DNA of 64,000 nucleotides. Source: Pelagibacteraceae bacterium AG-470-G21 (GTDB lineage Bacteria > Pseudomonadota > Alphaproteobacteria > Pelagibacterales > Pelagibacteraceae). The notes under the pieces were generated by a model, which was given only the letters and a program-made list of their open reading frames with translations, ran no database searches and had not been told where the DNA came from. The stretch is from contig QCSH01000004.1 of NCBI GenBank assembly GCA_003211555.1, positions 25,086-89,085 on the forward strand, in the 5' to 3' direction. How positions within the stretch are numbered: the first letter of the stretch is position 1; every line of letters starts with the position of its first letter. Of the stretch, positions 19,783 to 30,136 are shown piece after piece. The translations under genes were made by a program, and so were the position numbers.

Positions 19783-21156
19783 TTAGATTGAACTAATTCT
19801 AAATAAATTTTCCACTAAAGGTAATTGGTCTCTTTTTGCTAGCAGCACAACCGTGTCATCTTTTTGAAATATATATTTAGATGAAGGTAATATAAATTCA
19901 TTATCTCTTAAAATTGCACCGACACGAATTTCATCGGGTAAGTCTGCATTTCTTAGTTCTTTGTTGACTAATTCTGATGTTTCCAAAATATCGGCTTCAA
20001 TAACTTCATACTCGCCATTTAAAATAGTATATGCATTCTCAATAGTACCTTTATGTACATGTTTTAATATGCTAGAGACAGTGCTCATCCTAGGGTCAAT
20101 TAAATCATCAATTTTTAAGGATGATTGTAATAAAGAATAATTAGGTTTATTAACTAAAGCCATTGTTCTTTTATTTTTTGAAAATTTTTCCACAAGAACG
20201 CTTACCATTAGATTATCTTCATCATCATTCGTCAATGCTAATACAGTTTCTACTTCTTCTAAATTTGCTTCGTTTAATACATCCTCATCTAACCCGTTTC
20301 CATTAATTACAATAGTATCATTCAAATAATTAGCAATTAACTCTGCCCTATTTTTATCCTTCTCAATAATTTTTACCCTAGCTTCTTCAAAATTATTTTC
20401 AATATTCGATGCTAAGTTAAATCCAATATTACCACCACCAATTATTAAAATTTTATTTGCAATTTTTTCATTATGCCCAAATACTTTTAAAGTTTCTTCC
20501 ATTTGATTTGAGTTGACAATTACGTAGGCTTTGTCGTTATGTTGTAATTTGTCATCTTTTTTTAAAATTTTAAAATTTTCATTTCTAATAACCCCAATTA
20601 TATATGCATTTAAATTTGGAAAATTATTAGTTAATTCTTTTAATTTTATTTCATGTATTGGACATTTTTCATCGATTAAAATTTCCAATAGTCTAATTTT
20701 ATTTTCGGCAAATGGCACATTATCAAGAGCACCTGGAGCCTCTAGTTTTCTTTGCAATGATTTAGCTATTTCTAATTCGGGAGAGATAACATAATCAATA
20801 GGTAAATTTTCTTTATTGAATAGAGTTGAAAATTTTGGATCTAGATATTCTTGAGATCTAATTCTTGCAATTTTTTTTGGAACTTTAAACAAAGAATATG
20901 CAATTTGGCAAATGAGCATATTGATTTCGTCATTTCTTGTTACTGCTATTAACATATCAGCTTCAGATGTATTGGCACGATCTAAAATTTCTGGAGAAGT
21001 AGCTTTTCCAACAATTGCTTTTACATCTAAAGATTCATTAATTTTTTGAATGTCTTCACTTGATTGATCTATAACAGTTATTGAATGATTTTGCTCTGTA
21101 AGCAATTTAGCAATAGTAAATCCTACTCTACCCGCACCACAAATTATTATATTCAT
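19783..21156 (-). CDS. trkA: Trk system potassium transporter NAD-binding subunit
   Basis: Two RCK repeats with GAGRVG and GGGNIG Rossmann motifs. Confidence 0.95.
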   Translation of the reverse strand: MNIIICGAGRVGFTIAKLLTEQNHSITVIDQSSEDIQKINESLDVKAIVGKATSPEILDRANTSEADMLIAVTRNDEINMLICQIAYSLFKVPKKIARIRSQEYLDPKFSTLFNKENLPIDYVISPELEIAKSLQRKLEAPGALDNVPFAENKIRLLEILIDEKCPIHEIKLKELTNNFPNLNAYIIGVIRNENFKILKKDDKLQHNDKAYVIVNSNQMEETLKVFGHNEKIANKILIIGGGNIGFNLASNIENNFEEARVKIIEKDKNRAELIANYLNDTIVINGNGLDEDVLNEANLEEVETVLALTNDDEDNLMVSVLVEKFSKNKRTMALVNKPNYSLLQSSLKIDDLIDPRMSTVSSILKHVHKGTIENAYTILNGEYEVIEADILETSELVNKELRNADLPDEIRVGAILRDNEFILPSSKYIFQKDDTVVLLAKRDQLPLVENLFRISSI

Positions 21157-22511
21157 TAATTTAGATCCTTAACGCCTAATAATTTTAATTTTCTATGTAA
21201 AGCAGATCTCTCCATACCTACAAATTTAGCGGTTTTGGAAATATTTCCACCAAATTTTTTAATTTGAGAGACAAGGTATTCCTTTTCAAAGTTTTCTCTA
21301 GCTTCCCTCAATGGTATTGACAAATTTTCGGCAACTGAAAAGGTTTCATTTGCAGATTTCGATAAAGATTCTTTAATAATATCCAATATTTTTTTTTCAT
21401 CATTTCCTGGAGATAGTATAGCAATTCTCTCAATAAGATTGCGCAATTCACGCACATTCCCTGGCCAATCATAATTTAAAAGGTAATTGTCATCTCTAAT
21501 TTTAAATTTTTTATAATTGTAAGTATTGCAAATATTTTCAATAAAATACTCTACAAGTAATGGTATATCTTCAATCCTATTACTTAACGGTTCTATATCT
21601 ATATTAAAGACATTTAGTCTATGAAAAAGATCTTCTCTAAAATTTCCATTTCTTATTTCATTATTAATATTTTTGCTAGATGCACAAATAATTCTAACAT
21701 CAACTTTAATATCATGACTGCTGCTAATTCTTTTAAATTTTTGATCAATCACAACTCTTAATATTTTAGACTGAGTCTCTAATGGAATTTCTGTTACTTC
21801 ATCTATTAATAAAACACCGCCTGAAGCTTTCTCTAAGGCTCCATATACAATTGACCCATCTTTTTTTTCTTCTCCAAACAACTCAAGCTCATATTTCTTT
21901 GAATCAAGTAACGCACCATTAATAATTACGAAAGGCCCATTTGACCTTTTTGAATTTTTATAAATTTTTCTCGATATTAGTTCCTTTCCTGAACCTGTGG
22001 GTCCGCTGATTAAAACTCTACTTTCAGATTGTGATAATTTCTGAATTTGATCTTTTATAGATATAATATTTGAACTTTTTCCTATTATTTCAAAAGAATG
22101 AAATAATTTATTTGATAAAGATTTATTTTCTTTTTTAAGGTTAAAATTTTCAACTGCTCTTTTAACAAAATTTAAAAGTCTTTCTTTGTCAAATGGTTTT
22201 TGTATGAATTCAAAAGCTCCAGATCTTAAAGAATTAATAGCCATTTCTATATTTGCGTGTCCAGAAATTATAATTACAGGTATGTCTGTGTTCTTTTTTT
22301 TTATATGTTCGAGTAATTGGATACCATCATTATCACCTTTATCCAATTTTACATCTATAATAGCTACATCTGGTAATTTTTTATCTATTTCGGATAATCC
22401 TTGAGAGAAATTTGCTGCCAATCTTGTTTTATATCCTGCATCTTGAATTAGCTCTTCAAGGATATTTCTTATATCAATGTTATCATCTATTATTAAAATT
22501 TCTGTTGCCAT
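21156..22511 (-). CDS. ntrX: NtrX response regulator (REC-AAA+-Fis HTH)
   Basis: Receiver domain, GPTGSGKE, FREDLFHRLNV, WPGNVRELRN, GMERSALHRK. Confidence 0.92.
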   Translation of the reverse strand: MATEILIIDDNIDIRNILEELIQDAGYKTRLAANFSQGLSEIDKKLPDVAIIDVKLDKGDNDGIQLLEHIKKKNTDIPVIIISGHANIEMAINSLRSGAFEFIQKPFDKERLLNFVKRAVENFNLKKENKSLSNKLFHSFEIIGKSSNIISIKDQIQKLSQSESRVLISGPTGSGKELISRKIYKNSKRSNGPFVIINGALLDSKKYELELFGEEKKDGSIVYGALEKASGGVLLIDEVTEIPLETQSKILRVVIDQKFKRISSSHDIKVDVRIICASSKNINNEIRNGNFREDLFHRLNVFNIDIEPLSNRIEDIPLLVEYFIENICNTYNYKKFKIRDDNYLLNYDWPGNVRELRNLIERIAILSPGNDEKKILDIIKESLSKSANETFSVAENLSIPLREARENFEKEYLVSQIKKFGGNISKTAKFVGMERSALHRKLKLLGVKDLN

Positions 22512-22513
22512 TT

Positions 22514-24286
22514 TTATTTTGGAATTATTATTTGAACTTTAGCTCCACTATTTGTATTTAAAAATTTAATTGATCCATTATGGTCATTTATTATTTTATC
22601 TACTATTGATAATCCTAAGCCAGTTCCTTTTTCTTTAGTTGTATAATAAGGTTTTATAATATCTTTGGTTTTTTTATCTTTAAAACCTTCACCTGTATCA
22701 ATTAAGTTGACTGTTATATAATCTCTTCTTTGATTTATTTCTATATCAATATTTTTCAATGTTTCATTGGTTTTTTTGACTTTTTCCTTAATGCTTTCGA
22801 TTGAATTTTTAATTAAATTAAAAAACAATCTATTAAATTGCTCATTATCAAAATTAAATATAACTTTTTTTCCAGTCTTATTATCAATTGTAAAATTTAT
22901 TGAAGCATCAATTTTTTTTAATAGATCAATATTTTCGTCTAATACCTTAATTAAATCATTATTTTTAAAGTGAGGTTTGGGCATTCTTGCAAAGTCAGAA
23001 AATTCATTTACCAAGTTTTCTATTTGTTTTATTTGTTTCAAGATAGTTTTTAAATTACTTTGATATTTTTGTTTTTTTTCGTGACTTAAGTCTGGTAAAT
23101 ATTTTGAATTAAGGTTATCAATAGTCAATTGTATTGGTGTTAATGGATTTTTAATCTCATGTGCCATTTTTCTTGCTACAGTTTCCCATGCTTCATGTCT
23201 TTCATTTGATAATAGTTTATCTTGCTGATTTTTTAATTTTTCAATCATAGAATTAAAGTTTTTGTTTAATAATTCCATTTCTCTATCCGCTTTTAGCTCC
23301 GGGACCTTCACATCTAAATTTCCTTTTCCAATTTTCTCAGATGCTGTAATCAAATTGTTGATTGATATGAAAAATCTTGACGAAAATCTTATTGCTATTG
23401 TTATTGATAGAAATAACAAAAGCGTTACTAAAGATATATATATAATGGCAAATGAAATTCTTATACCTAAACTTTGATTTTCAACAGTATAATAAAAGTT
23501 CACCGCCTCCTCAGACTCTATTAAGTAATTAGAAATATTTTTGTCTAAATTTTTTACTACATACAAAAAAGTATCATCAAAATTTTGTAGTCTAATTACT
23601 GCTGCAGATCTATTCTCAGGAGCATTTATAATTTTCAGCGGCCTGTCATCAGTTCTTACCATTTCAATAGCTTGATCCTCAATCTTAATATAATCGGAGT
23701 CATTTGCTGAAATAATTAATTCACCAACAGAATTTATTAAGTAAAGTTGATCAATATCTCTAATTAAATTTTGTGTATTTAGAAATGCCTTAAATCTATC
23801 TGGATCAGATTTATAAATATTGAAGTATTTGTTTAAATCGAACGCAATTAAAACTATTTCAGATTGTATTTTATTTCTTTTTTCATCAACATAATTTTTA
23901 GCAATTTCATATGAATTATTAACTGCTGTTGTAATTTTATTATCAAAATATTTTTCGAGTGCAAAAGAAAAAATAAATAATGAAAATATTGCAATTAGCA
24001 AAGATGGTATCAGTGTAAAAAGACCAAATGAGATTATATATTTTCTGTTTGCGACTGAACCTCTAACATTTATATTATTTTTTATTGAATTTCTAATATC
24101 GATAAAAATTAAAACAAAAAAAATAAATAAAAACATAATGTTTAAAATTAATACTAGTTGTAAATTTTGCTCATTTAATTCTATGAAACTTCTGTCAATA
24201 AATGTTAGAAAGGTAATAAATGATAATAAAACTGTAAGAAGAAATATTATAATAATAAATAAATTTCTTTTTATGAAAGCTAGCAT
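22514..24286 (-). CDS. ntrY: NtrY-like sensor histidine kinase
   Basis: TM segments, periplasmic domain, HAMP, AWETVARKMAHEIKNPLTPI, GTGLGL; upstream of ntrX. Confidence 0.9.
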   Translation of the reverse strand: MLAFIKRNLFIIIIFLLTVLLSFITFLTFIDRSFIELNEQNLQLVLILNIMFLFIFFVLIFIDIRNSIKNNINVRGSVANRKYIISFGLFTLIPSLLIAIFSLFIFSFALEKYFDNKITTAVNNSYEIAKNYVDEKRNKIQSEIVLIAFDLNKYFNIYKSDPDRFKAFLNTQNLIRDIDQLYLINSVGELIISANDSDYIKIEDQAIEMVRTDDRPLKIINAPENRSAAVIRLQNFDDTFLYVVKNLDKNISNYLIESEEAVNFYYTVENQSLGIRISFAIIYISLVTLLLFLSITIAIRFSSRFFISINNLITASEKIGKGNLDVKVPELKADREMELLNKNFNSMIEKLKNQQDKLLSNERHEAWETVARKMAHEIKNPLTPIQLTIDNLNSKYLPDLSHEKKQKYQSNLKTILKQIKQIENLVNEFSDFARMPKPHFKNNDLIKVLDENIDLLKKIDASINFTIDNKTGKKVIFNFDNEQFNRLFFNLIKNSIESIKEKVKKTNETLKNIDIEINQRRDYITVNLIDTGEGFKDKKTKDIIKPYYTTKEKGTGLGLSIVDKIINDHNGSIKFLNTNSGAKVQIIIPK

Positions 24287-24323
24287 AAACTATGAATATA
24301 TATAAAAATTTACAAATAAATAC

Positions 24324-25424
24324 ATGAGTGATTGCTTTATATTATTAAGTGCTGGAAAAAGTAATAGATTTAAATCAAAAATAAATAAACAATTTATAAC
24401 GTATAAAAATAGACCTTTATTTGAACATTCATTGAAAGTAGCCCAGAGCTCAAAATTATTTAAAAGAATTTTAATAGTCTCAAATAAAAAAATTAAAAAA
24501 TTAAATAACAAAAATATAAACATAATAAAAGGAGGAAAAGAAAGACATAATTCAACTCAAAACGCACTTTTATTTTTAAAAAATAAAAAAATTAAGAATG
24601 TATTTATTCATGATGCTGCAAGACCAAATTTATCAGTAAAATTATTAAAAAAACTAAAAAACAATTTAAAAAGATATAAGGCTGTTGTTCCATATTTGAA
24701 CTCTGAAAATTCAGTAAAATATAAAAGTAATAAAAAAATAAATAATTTAAATCGTGAAAAAATCTTATTAACTCAAACACCTCAATGTTTTAATTTCAAT
24801 GAACTTTTTAATTTATATAAAAATAATAAAGAAAAGATTACTGATGAAGCGAGTCTTTACTTAAATAAAAATAAGAAAATTAAATTTATTCTTGGAGATA
24901 AAAATAATTTTAAAATAACAACTGTGGACGATTTAAAATACTTAAAATCAGAAACTTATTATGGAATTGGTTTTGATGTTCACAGATTAATTAAAAATAA
25001 GAAACTTTTTCTAGGAGGGGTAAAGATTCCATTTCACTCTGGACTTAAAGGACATTCTGATGGAGATGTTATCCTTCATGCTATAATTGATGGTTTGCTT
25101 GGAGCTATGAGAAAGAGCGATATTGGAACTCTTTTCCCAAGCAATTCTAGTAGATTTAAAAATATCAGGTCGAAAAATATGCTTATGCCTGTTGTCAAGT
25201 TATTAAAGGATAATAATTTTTACATAAATAATATAGATATAAACTTAATTTGTGAATATCCTAAAGTATCAAAAATTAGAAAAAAAGTTATAAAATCAAT
25301 ATCTAGCTTATTATCATTAAACAAAAGTTTGATAAATTTAAAAGGTAAAACAGTTGAAAAATTAGGTATAATTGGAAAAGAACAAGCAATTGCATGTGAA
25401 GTAATTTGCTCATTATCAAGATGA
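24324..25424 (+). CDS. ispDF: Bifunctional IspD/IspF
   Basis: GGKERHNS, IHDAARP, QTPQ; YGIGFDVH, GHSDGDV. Confidence 0.93.
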   Translation: MSDCFILLSAGKSNRFKSKINKQFITYKNRPLFEHSLKVAQSSKLFKRILIVSNKKIKKLNNKNINIIKGGKERHNSTQNALLFLKNKKIKNVFIHDAARPNLSVKLLKKLKNNLKRYKAVVPYLNSENSVKYKSNKKINNLNREKILLTQTPQCFNFNELFNLYKNNKEKITDEASLYLNKNKKIKFILGDKNNFKITTVDDLKYLKSETYYGIGFDVHRLIKNKKLFLGGVKIPFHSGLKGHSDGDVILHAIIDGLLGAMRKSDIGTLFPSNSSRFKNIRSKNMLMPVVKLLKDNNFYINNIDINLICEYPKVSKIRKKVIKSISSLLSLNKSLINLKGKTVEKLGIIGKEQAIACEVICSLSR

Positions 25425-25912
25425 AAAAAATCAATATTTTAATTTCAACTTTTTTTGGAAATGGTTATATTTCAAAAATTCCTGGAACATTTACATCACT
25501 AAGTACGTTAATAATTCTTTATGTACTTTTTGAGTTAGTGAATTTTAAAAATTTAAACTATATTTTAATATTATATTCGATCATATTTTTTTATTCTTTT
25601 TATGCAGTTATGGACTCTGAGACCGAGTTTGAAAATAAAGACCCTAGACAAATTGTAATTGACGAGGTTTTAGGTCAAGCAATGCCTTTAATATTGATTG
25701 TTTACCTTTCTTCTCATAATTTAATAAATATACCAGTTGAAATATATTATTTACTGTCTTTTATTTTTTTTAGATTTTTTGATATTGTAAAACCTTTTCC
25801 AGTTAGTTATTTCGATAAAGAACATAAAAACTTCTTTGGAATAATAATGGATGATATTATGGCAGGTTTATATACGATGATATTAATTTACCTTATAAGT
25901 CTAAAATTTTAA
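25421..25912 (+). CDS. pgpA: Phosphatidylglycerophosphatase A
   Basis: PGTFTS, DPRQIVIDEVLG, FRFFDIVKP, MDDIMAG. Start at the ATGA overlap (25421). Confidence 0.92.
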   Translation: MKKINILISTFFGNGYISKIPGTFTSLSTLIILYVLFELVNFKNLNYILILYSIIFFYSFYAVMDSETEFENKDPRQIVIDEVLGQAMPLILIVYLSSHNLINIPVEIYYLLSFIFFRFFDIVKPFPVSYFDKEHKNFFGIIMDDIMAGLYTMILIYLISLKF

Positions 25913-26376
25913 TGAATATAGAAAAGCTGCATAAGAAATTAATTAAAAAAAACATAACTTTATCTGCAGCTGAATCATGTACAGGGGGCTTATTATCAAG
26001 CAAATTTACTAGGTTAAGTGGTTCGTCAAAGTACTTCCAAATTGGGTTAGTTACTTATTCAAACAAAGCAAAAATTAAAATATTAAAAGTTAATAAAAAA
26101 ACCATAAATAAATATGGATCTGTTAGCCCTGAATGTTGCAAGGCTATGGTGCAAGGATTATCAAGAATATCAAAAAGTAAAATTAATATATCTATTACTG
26201 GAATAGCTGGTCCAAATGGTGGGACAAAAGATAAGCCTGTTGGTCTTGTATATATAGGTGTAAAAAATAAAAATAAAATTCTAATTACTAAAAATATATT
26301 TAATCAAAAAAGTAGAAAAGCTATTCAAAATGCTACTGTTAAAAGAACTTTAGAAATTATCAGATCTAAGATTTAA
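25912..26376 (+). CDS. cinA: CinA C-terminal domain / NMN deamidase (PncC-like)
   Basis: AESCTGG, SITGIAGPNGG, KPVGLVYIG. Confidence 0.9.
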   Translation: MNIEKLHKKLIKKNITLSAAESCTGGLLSSKFTRLSGSSKYFQIGLVTYSNKAKIKILKVNKKTINKYGSVSPECCKAMVQGLSRISKSKINISITGIAGPNGGTKDKPVGLVYIGVKNKNKILITKNIFNQKSRKAIQNATVKRTLEIIRSKI

Positions 26377-26393
26377 ATTTTAATAAAATTTTG

Positions 26394-26831
26394 CTAAAGA
26401 TTTTCAGCTCTCCTTTGAAAAGCATCTGCTATTTTATTGAGACCAAATTGAAATGATTTTGCCATAATAATATTAAGAAATTTATTTTTTATTTCAAAAT
26501 CAACATCAAAGTGCACCTCTGTAAAATTATCTTTTTCAATAAATTTCCAATTATTTTCAAGATAATTAAGTGGTCCATCAATATTTGTGACATGAATATG
26601 ATCATTTATTTTATCAAATCTAACATCACTTTTATAAGTATCTGTAAAAGGTCTTTTACCAATAGTTAAATCTGCAATTATATTTATAGAGTCTTTTTCC
26701 TCTTTTTTTTCGTAAACTTTTGAATCTATACAAAATGGAATAAATTCTGGATATTTTTCAATATCTAAAACAAAATCTATAAGTGTTTTTTTATCGCGTT
26801 CTATAAGTCGCGTTACAGATGCTTTTGGCAT
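26394..26831 (-). CDS. RatA/COQ10 START-domain protein
   Basis: DIEKYPEFIPFC, GPLNYLENNWKF, AFQRRA. Confidence 0.88.
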   Translation of the reverse strand: MPKASVTRLIERDKKTLIDFVLDIEKYPEFIPFCIDSKVYEKKEEKDSINIIADLTIGKRPFTDTYKSDVRFDKINDHIHVTNIDGPLNYLENNWKFIEKDNFTEVHFDVDFEIKNKFLNIIMAKSFQFGLNKIADAFQRRAENL

Positions 26832-26835
26832 GAAA

Positions 26836-27759
26836 TTAATTTAGTCTGTTTTGTTTTAATTTAGCAAAATCTTCATCTGCGTGATATGATGATCTGGTTA
26901 AAGGGGATGAAGAAACCAATAAAAATCCTTTTGACTTTGCTATTACTTCTAATTCTTTAAATTCATCTGGATGGTAGTATCTCTCTAATGGATGATGTTT
27001 TACTGACGGTTGCAAATATTGACCAATTGTTAAAAAATCCACGTCAGCTGATCTTAGATCATCCATTACTTGAATTATTTCATCTCTCTCTTCACCTAAA
27101 CCAACCATTATTCCAGATTTAGTAAATACTTTTTTATTATTTAATTTTGCATTCTTAAGAAGTTCTAAGGATGCAAAGTATCTAGCGCCTGGTCTCACTT
27201 TGACATACAGTCTTGGCACTGTTTCAATATTATGATTAAAAACATCAGGATTTGACTCTAATATTGTTTTATAAGATTCACCTTTTCTTAAAAAATCTGG
27301 AGTTAAAACCTCAATTGTAGTATTTGGATTTTTTTTTCTAGTCATCAATACCACTTCTTTAAAATGATTTGACCCACCATCTGGTAAATCATCTCTATCT
27401 ACTGATGTTATAACGACATGTCTTAAGTTTAATTTATTTACAGCATTTGCAATTTTAATATGTTCAAAAGGATCTAATTTTTCTGGTTTTCCAGTTTTGA
27501 CATCGCAAAATGCACATGCTCTAGTACAGGTATCTCCCATAATCATAAATGTTGCGTGTCGTTTACTCCAACACTCTGTTATATTTGGGCAGTTTGCTTC
27601 CTGGCAAACAGTAACAAGATTATTTTGATTAACTAGAGTTTTGGTAAGAAAAAATTCTTTACTATCAGAAAGTTTAGACCTAATCCATTTTGGTTTTTTT
27701 TTTATTGGATTAACTGGATTTTTAACTTTTTCAGGGTGTCTAGGTTTAATTTTGTCCAT
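26836..27759 (-). CDS. lipA: Lipoyl synthase
   Basis: [12 protein letters not shown] and CTRACAFC clusters, RSSYHA. Confidence 0.97.
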   Translation of the reverse strand: MDKIKPRHPEKVKNPVNPIKKKPKWIRSKLSDSKEFFLTKTLVNQNNLVTVCQEANCPNITECWSKRHATFMIMGDTCTRACAFCDVKTGKPEKLDPFEHIKIANAVNKLNLRHVVITSVDRDDLPDGGSNHFKEVVLMTRKKNPNTTIEVLTPDFLRKGESYKTILESNPDVFNHNIETVPRLYVKVRPGARYFASLELLKNAKLNNKKVFTKSGIMVGLGEERDEIIQVMDDLRSADVDFLTIGQYLQPSVKHHPLERYYHPDEFKELEVIAKSKGFLLVSSSPLTRSSYHADEDFAKLKQNRLN

Positions 27760-28051
27760 CTTGTTTTACTATATAAGTAGTCTCTCCTTCTTTTCCAAAT
27801 AAAAATTTGTCCCGTATCAAAATTTCAATAAAATCAAGGTCTATATTTTCAGTTAATAAGGAATTTTTGTGTTCTAAATCTTGAATTTTGATTTGTATCT
27901 CATTTTGACTAGCCTTCAAATTCTCATAAATTTCTTTTTTTTTTAAATAGGAAATTAATCCTCTGTCACCTCCCAATAAATTGAAGAAAAAATAAATAAA
28001 TAAAAAAGTGACAATTAAAATAAAATAATTTTTTTTTATTTTATCAAACAT
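27746..28051 (-). CDS. ftsB: Septum formation initiator FtsB/DivIC
   Basis: One TM, GDRG, coiled coil; lies after eno. Confidence 0.8.
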   Translation of the reverse strand: MFDKIKKNYFILIVTFLFIYFFFNLLGGDRGLISYLKKKEIYENLKASQNEIQIKIQDLEHKNSLLTENIDLDFIEILIRDKFLFGKEGETTYIVKQDGQN

Positions 28052-29310
28052 TAATTGATACTATGCATTTTAGATTTTTTTCCAAGTTCATGTTCAATTC
28101 TTAATAATTGATTATATTTTGAAACTCTTTCAGATCTTGCTAATGAACCTGTTTTAATTTGGCTAGAATCAGTTCCTACAGCAAAATCAGCAATAAAAGT
28201 ATCTTCACTATCACCTGATCTATGGGATATTATAGTTTTGTAGCCAATTAATTTTGCAAATTTTATAACTTCAAGAGTTTCTGTTACAGTACCGATTTGA
28301 TTTAATTTAATTAAAATTGAATTTGCCGAAACATTTAAAAAGCCAATTTTTAAACGTTCTAAATTTGTTACAAAAAGGTCATCGCCAACAATTTGTAATT
28401 TATTATTTGATTTTTTTAAAAGTTTCGTCCAAGCTGACCAATCGTTTTCACCAAATGGATCTTCAATAGACATGATTTTATATTTTTTTACTAGTTTAAG
28501 ATAATGATCTATTGATTTGTCTACACTTGTGTATTTTTTAGAATGAATTGAGTACTTTTTGTTTTTTAACAACTCATTTGCTGCAACATCTAAACAAATT
28601 GTGATATCTTTACCATTTTTAAAACCTGATGCATTTATTGCATTTACAATTAGTTTTAGTGCACTTTCATTATCGTTTATCATTGGAGCAAACCCGCCTT
28701 CATCACCAACAGATGTAGAATGGCCCATATTCTTTATTAAATTTCTTAACTTATTAATAACTATAAAACACATTCTAACACCCTCTGAAAAGGATTTGGC
28801 TTTATCTGGTCTTATCATGAACTCTTGAATTCTAAGGCCATTATTTGCATGTGCTCCTCCATTAATAATATTCATCATGGGATAAGGCAGTTTAAAGTTC
28901 TTCTTAATTAGTAGATTTTTATAAATTGGAATTTTTTTCAGTTTAGATGAAAGCTTTTTAACAGCTATTGAAACTGAAAGAATTGTATTAGCTCCAACTC
29001 GTTTTTTTTGTTTGGTGCCATCAAGTCTTATTAATAAATTATCAATTTTTTCTTGATGGTGAATATTAAAATTATTTAGCTTTTTAGCAATTACTGTATT
29101 AATAAATTTAACAGGAATTAACACACTTTTTCCAAGATATTTTTTATTATTTATATCTCTTTTTTCAAAAGCTTCATAAGATCCAGTTGAAGCTCCAGAT
29201 GGGCAAATCGCTGATGCACTCATATTGTTTACGAATACTTCAGTTTCTATTGTTGGGTTTCCTCTACTATCAAAAACTTGTCTTGCAATGATTTTAGAAA
29301 TTTTAGACAT
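28051..29310 (-). CDS. eno: Enolase
   Basis: DSRGNPT, PSGASTG, GDEGG, GDDLFVTN, SHRSG. Confidence 0.97.
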   Translation of the reverse strand: MSKISKIIARQVFDSRGNPTIETEVFVNNMSASAICPSGASTGSYEAFEKRDINNKKYLGKSVLIPVKFINTVIAKKLNNFNIHHQEKIDNLLIRLDGTKQKKRVGANTILSVSIAVKKLSSKLKKIPIYKNLLIKKNFKLPYPMMNIINGGAHANNGLRIQEFMIRPDKAKSFSEGVRMCFIVINKLRNLIKNMGHSTSVGDEGGFAPMINDNESALKLIVNAINASGFKNGKDITICLDVAANELLKNKKYSIHSKKYTSVDKSIDHYLKLVKKYKIMSIEDPFGENDWSAWTKLLKKSNNKLQIVGDDLFVTNLERLKIGFLNVSANSILIKLNQIGTVTETLEVIKFAKLIGYKTIISHRSGDSEDTFIADFAVGTDSSQIKTGSLARSERVSKYNQLLRIEHELGKKSKMHSIN

Positions 29311-30136
29311 TATTCTTTTTTATTAAATTATCAATTTCGACTATCTGACTTAAAAGATTATCTAATTTATTAAGTGGAACCATATTTGGACCATCTGATG
29401 GAGCGTTATCTGGGTCTTGATGTGTTTCTATAAAAATTGCAGCAACACCGACTGCAACAGCAGCTCTAGACAAATGTTCAACAAATTCCCTTTGTCCACC
29501 ACTTTTATCACCTTGACCACCTGGCTGTTGAACTGAATGAGTTGCATCAAAAACAATAGGGAAACCATTCTTTGCCATTATGGGTATTGATCGCATATCA
29601 GATACTAAAGTATTATATCCAAAACTAGCACCTCTCTCTGTAACAAGAATATTATTATTTCCTGACTCAGAAATTTTTTTCGTTACATTCACCATATCCC
29701 ATGGAGCTAAAAATTGACCTTTTTTTACATTAATAATTTTTTTTGTTTTTGCAGCAGCAACTAATAAATCTGTTTGTCGGCATAAAAAAGCAGGAATTTG
29801 TAAAACATCTACATGCGGAGCGACTATTGAACATTGTTCTTCATTATGAATATCAGTAAGGACAGGAATTTTGATTTGTTTTTTAATTTTGTCAAATATT
29901 GGTAAAGAGTTCTCGAGTCCAACACCTCTTTTCCCTTCAAGACTAGTCCGGTTTGCTTTATCAAATGAAGTTTTATAAATAAATCCAATTTTATATTTGT
30001 CAGCAATATTTTTTATCTCACCTGCAATATCTAAGGCATGTTGTTCAGTTTCTAATTGACAAGGTCCCGCTATTAAACAGATTTTATTTGAGTTGGAAAT
30101 ATTTATGTTTTGACAATTAACAGTTTTATTTTTCAT
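29303..30136 (-). CDS. kdsA: KDO8P synthase
   Basis: [32 protein letters not shown]. Confidence 0.97.
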   Translation of the reverse strand: MKNKTVNCQNINISNSNKICLIAGPCQLETEQHALDIAGEIKNIADKYKIGFIYKTSFDKANRTSLEGKRGVGLENSLPIFDKIKKQIKIPVLTDIHNEEQCSIVAPHVDVLQIPAFLCRQTDLLVAAAKTKKIINVKKGQFLAPWDMVNVTKKISESGNNNILVTERGASFGYNTLVSDMRSIPIMAKNGFPIVFDATHSVQQPGGQGDKSGGQREFVEHLSRAAVAVGVAAIFIETHQDPDNAPSDGPNMVPLNKLDNLLSQIVEIDNLIKKNNV

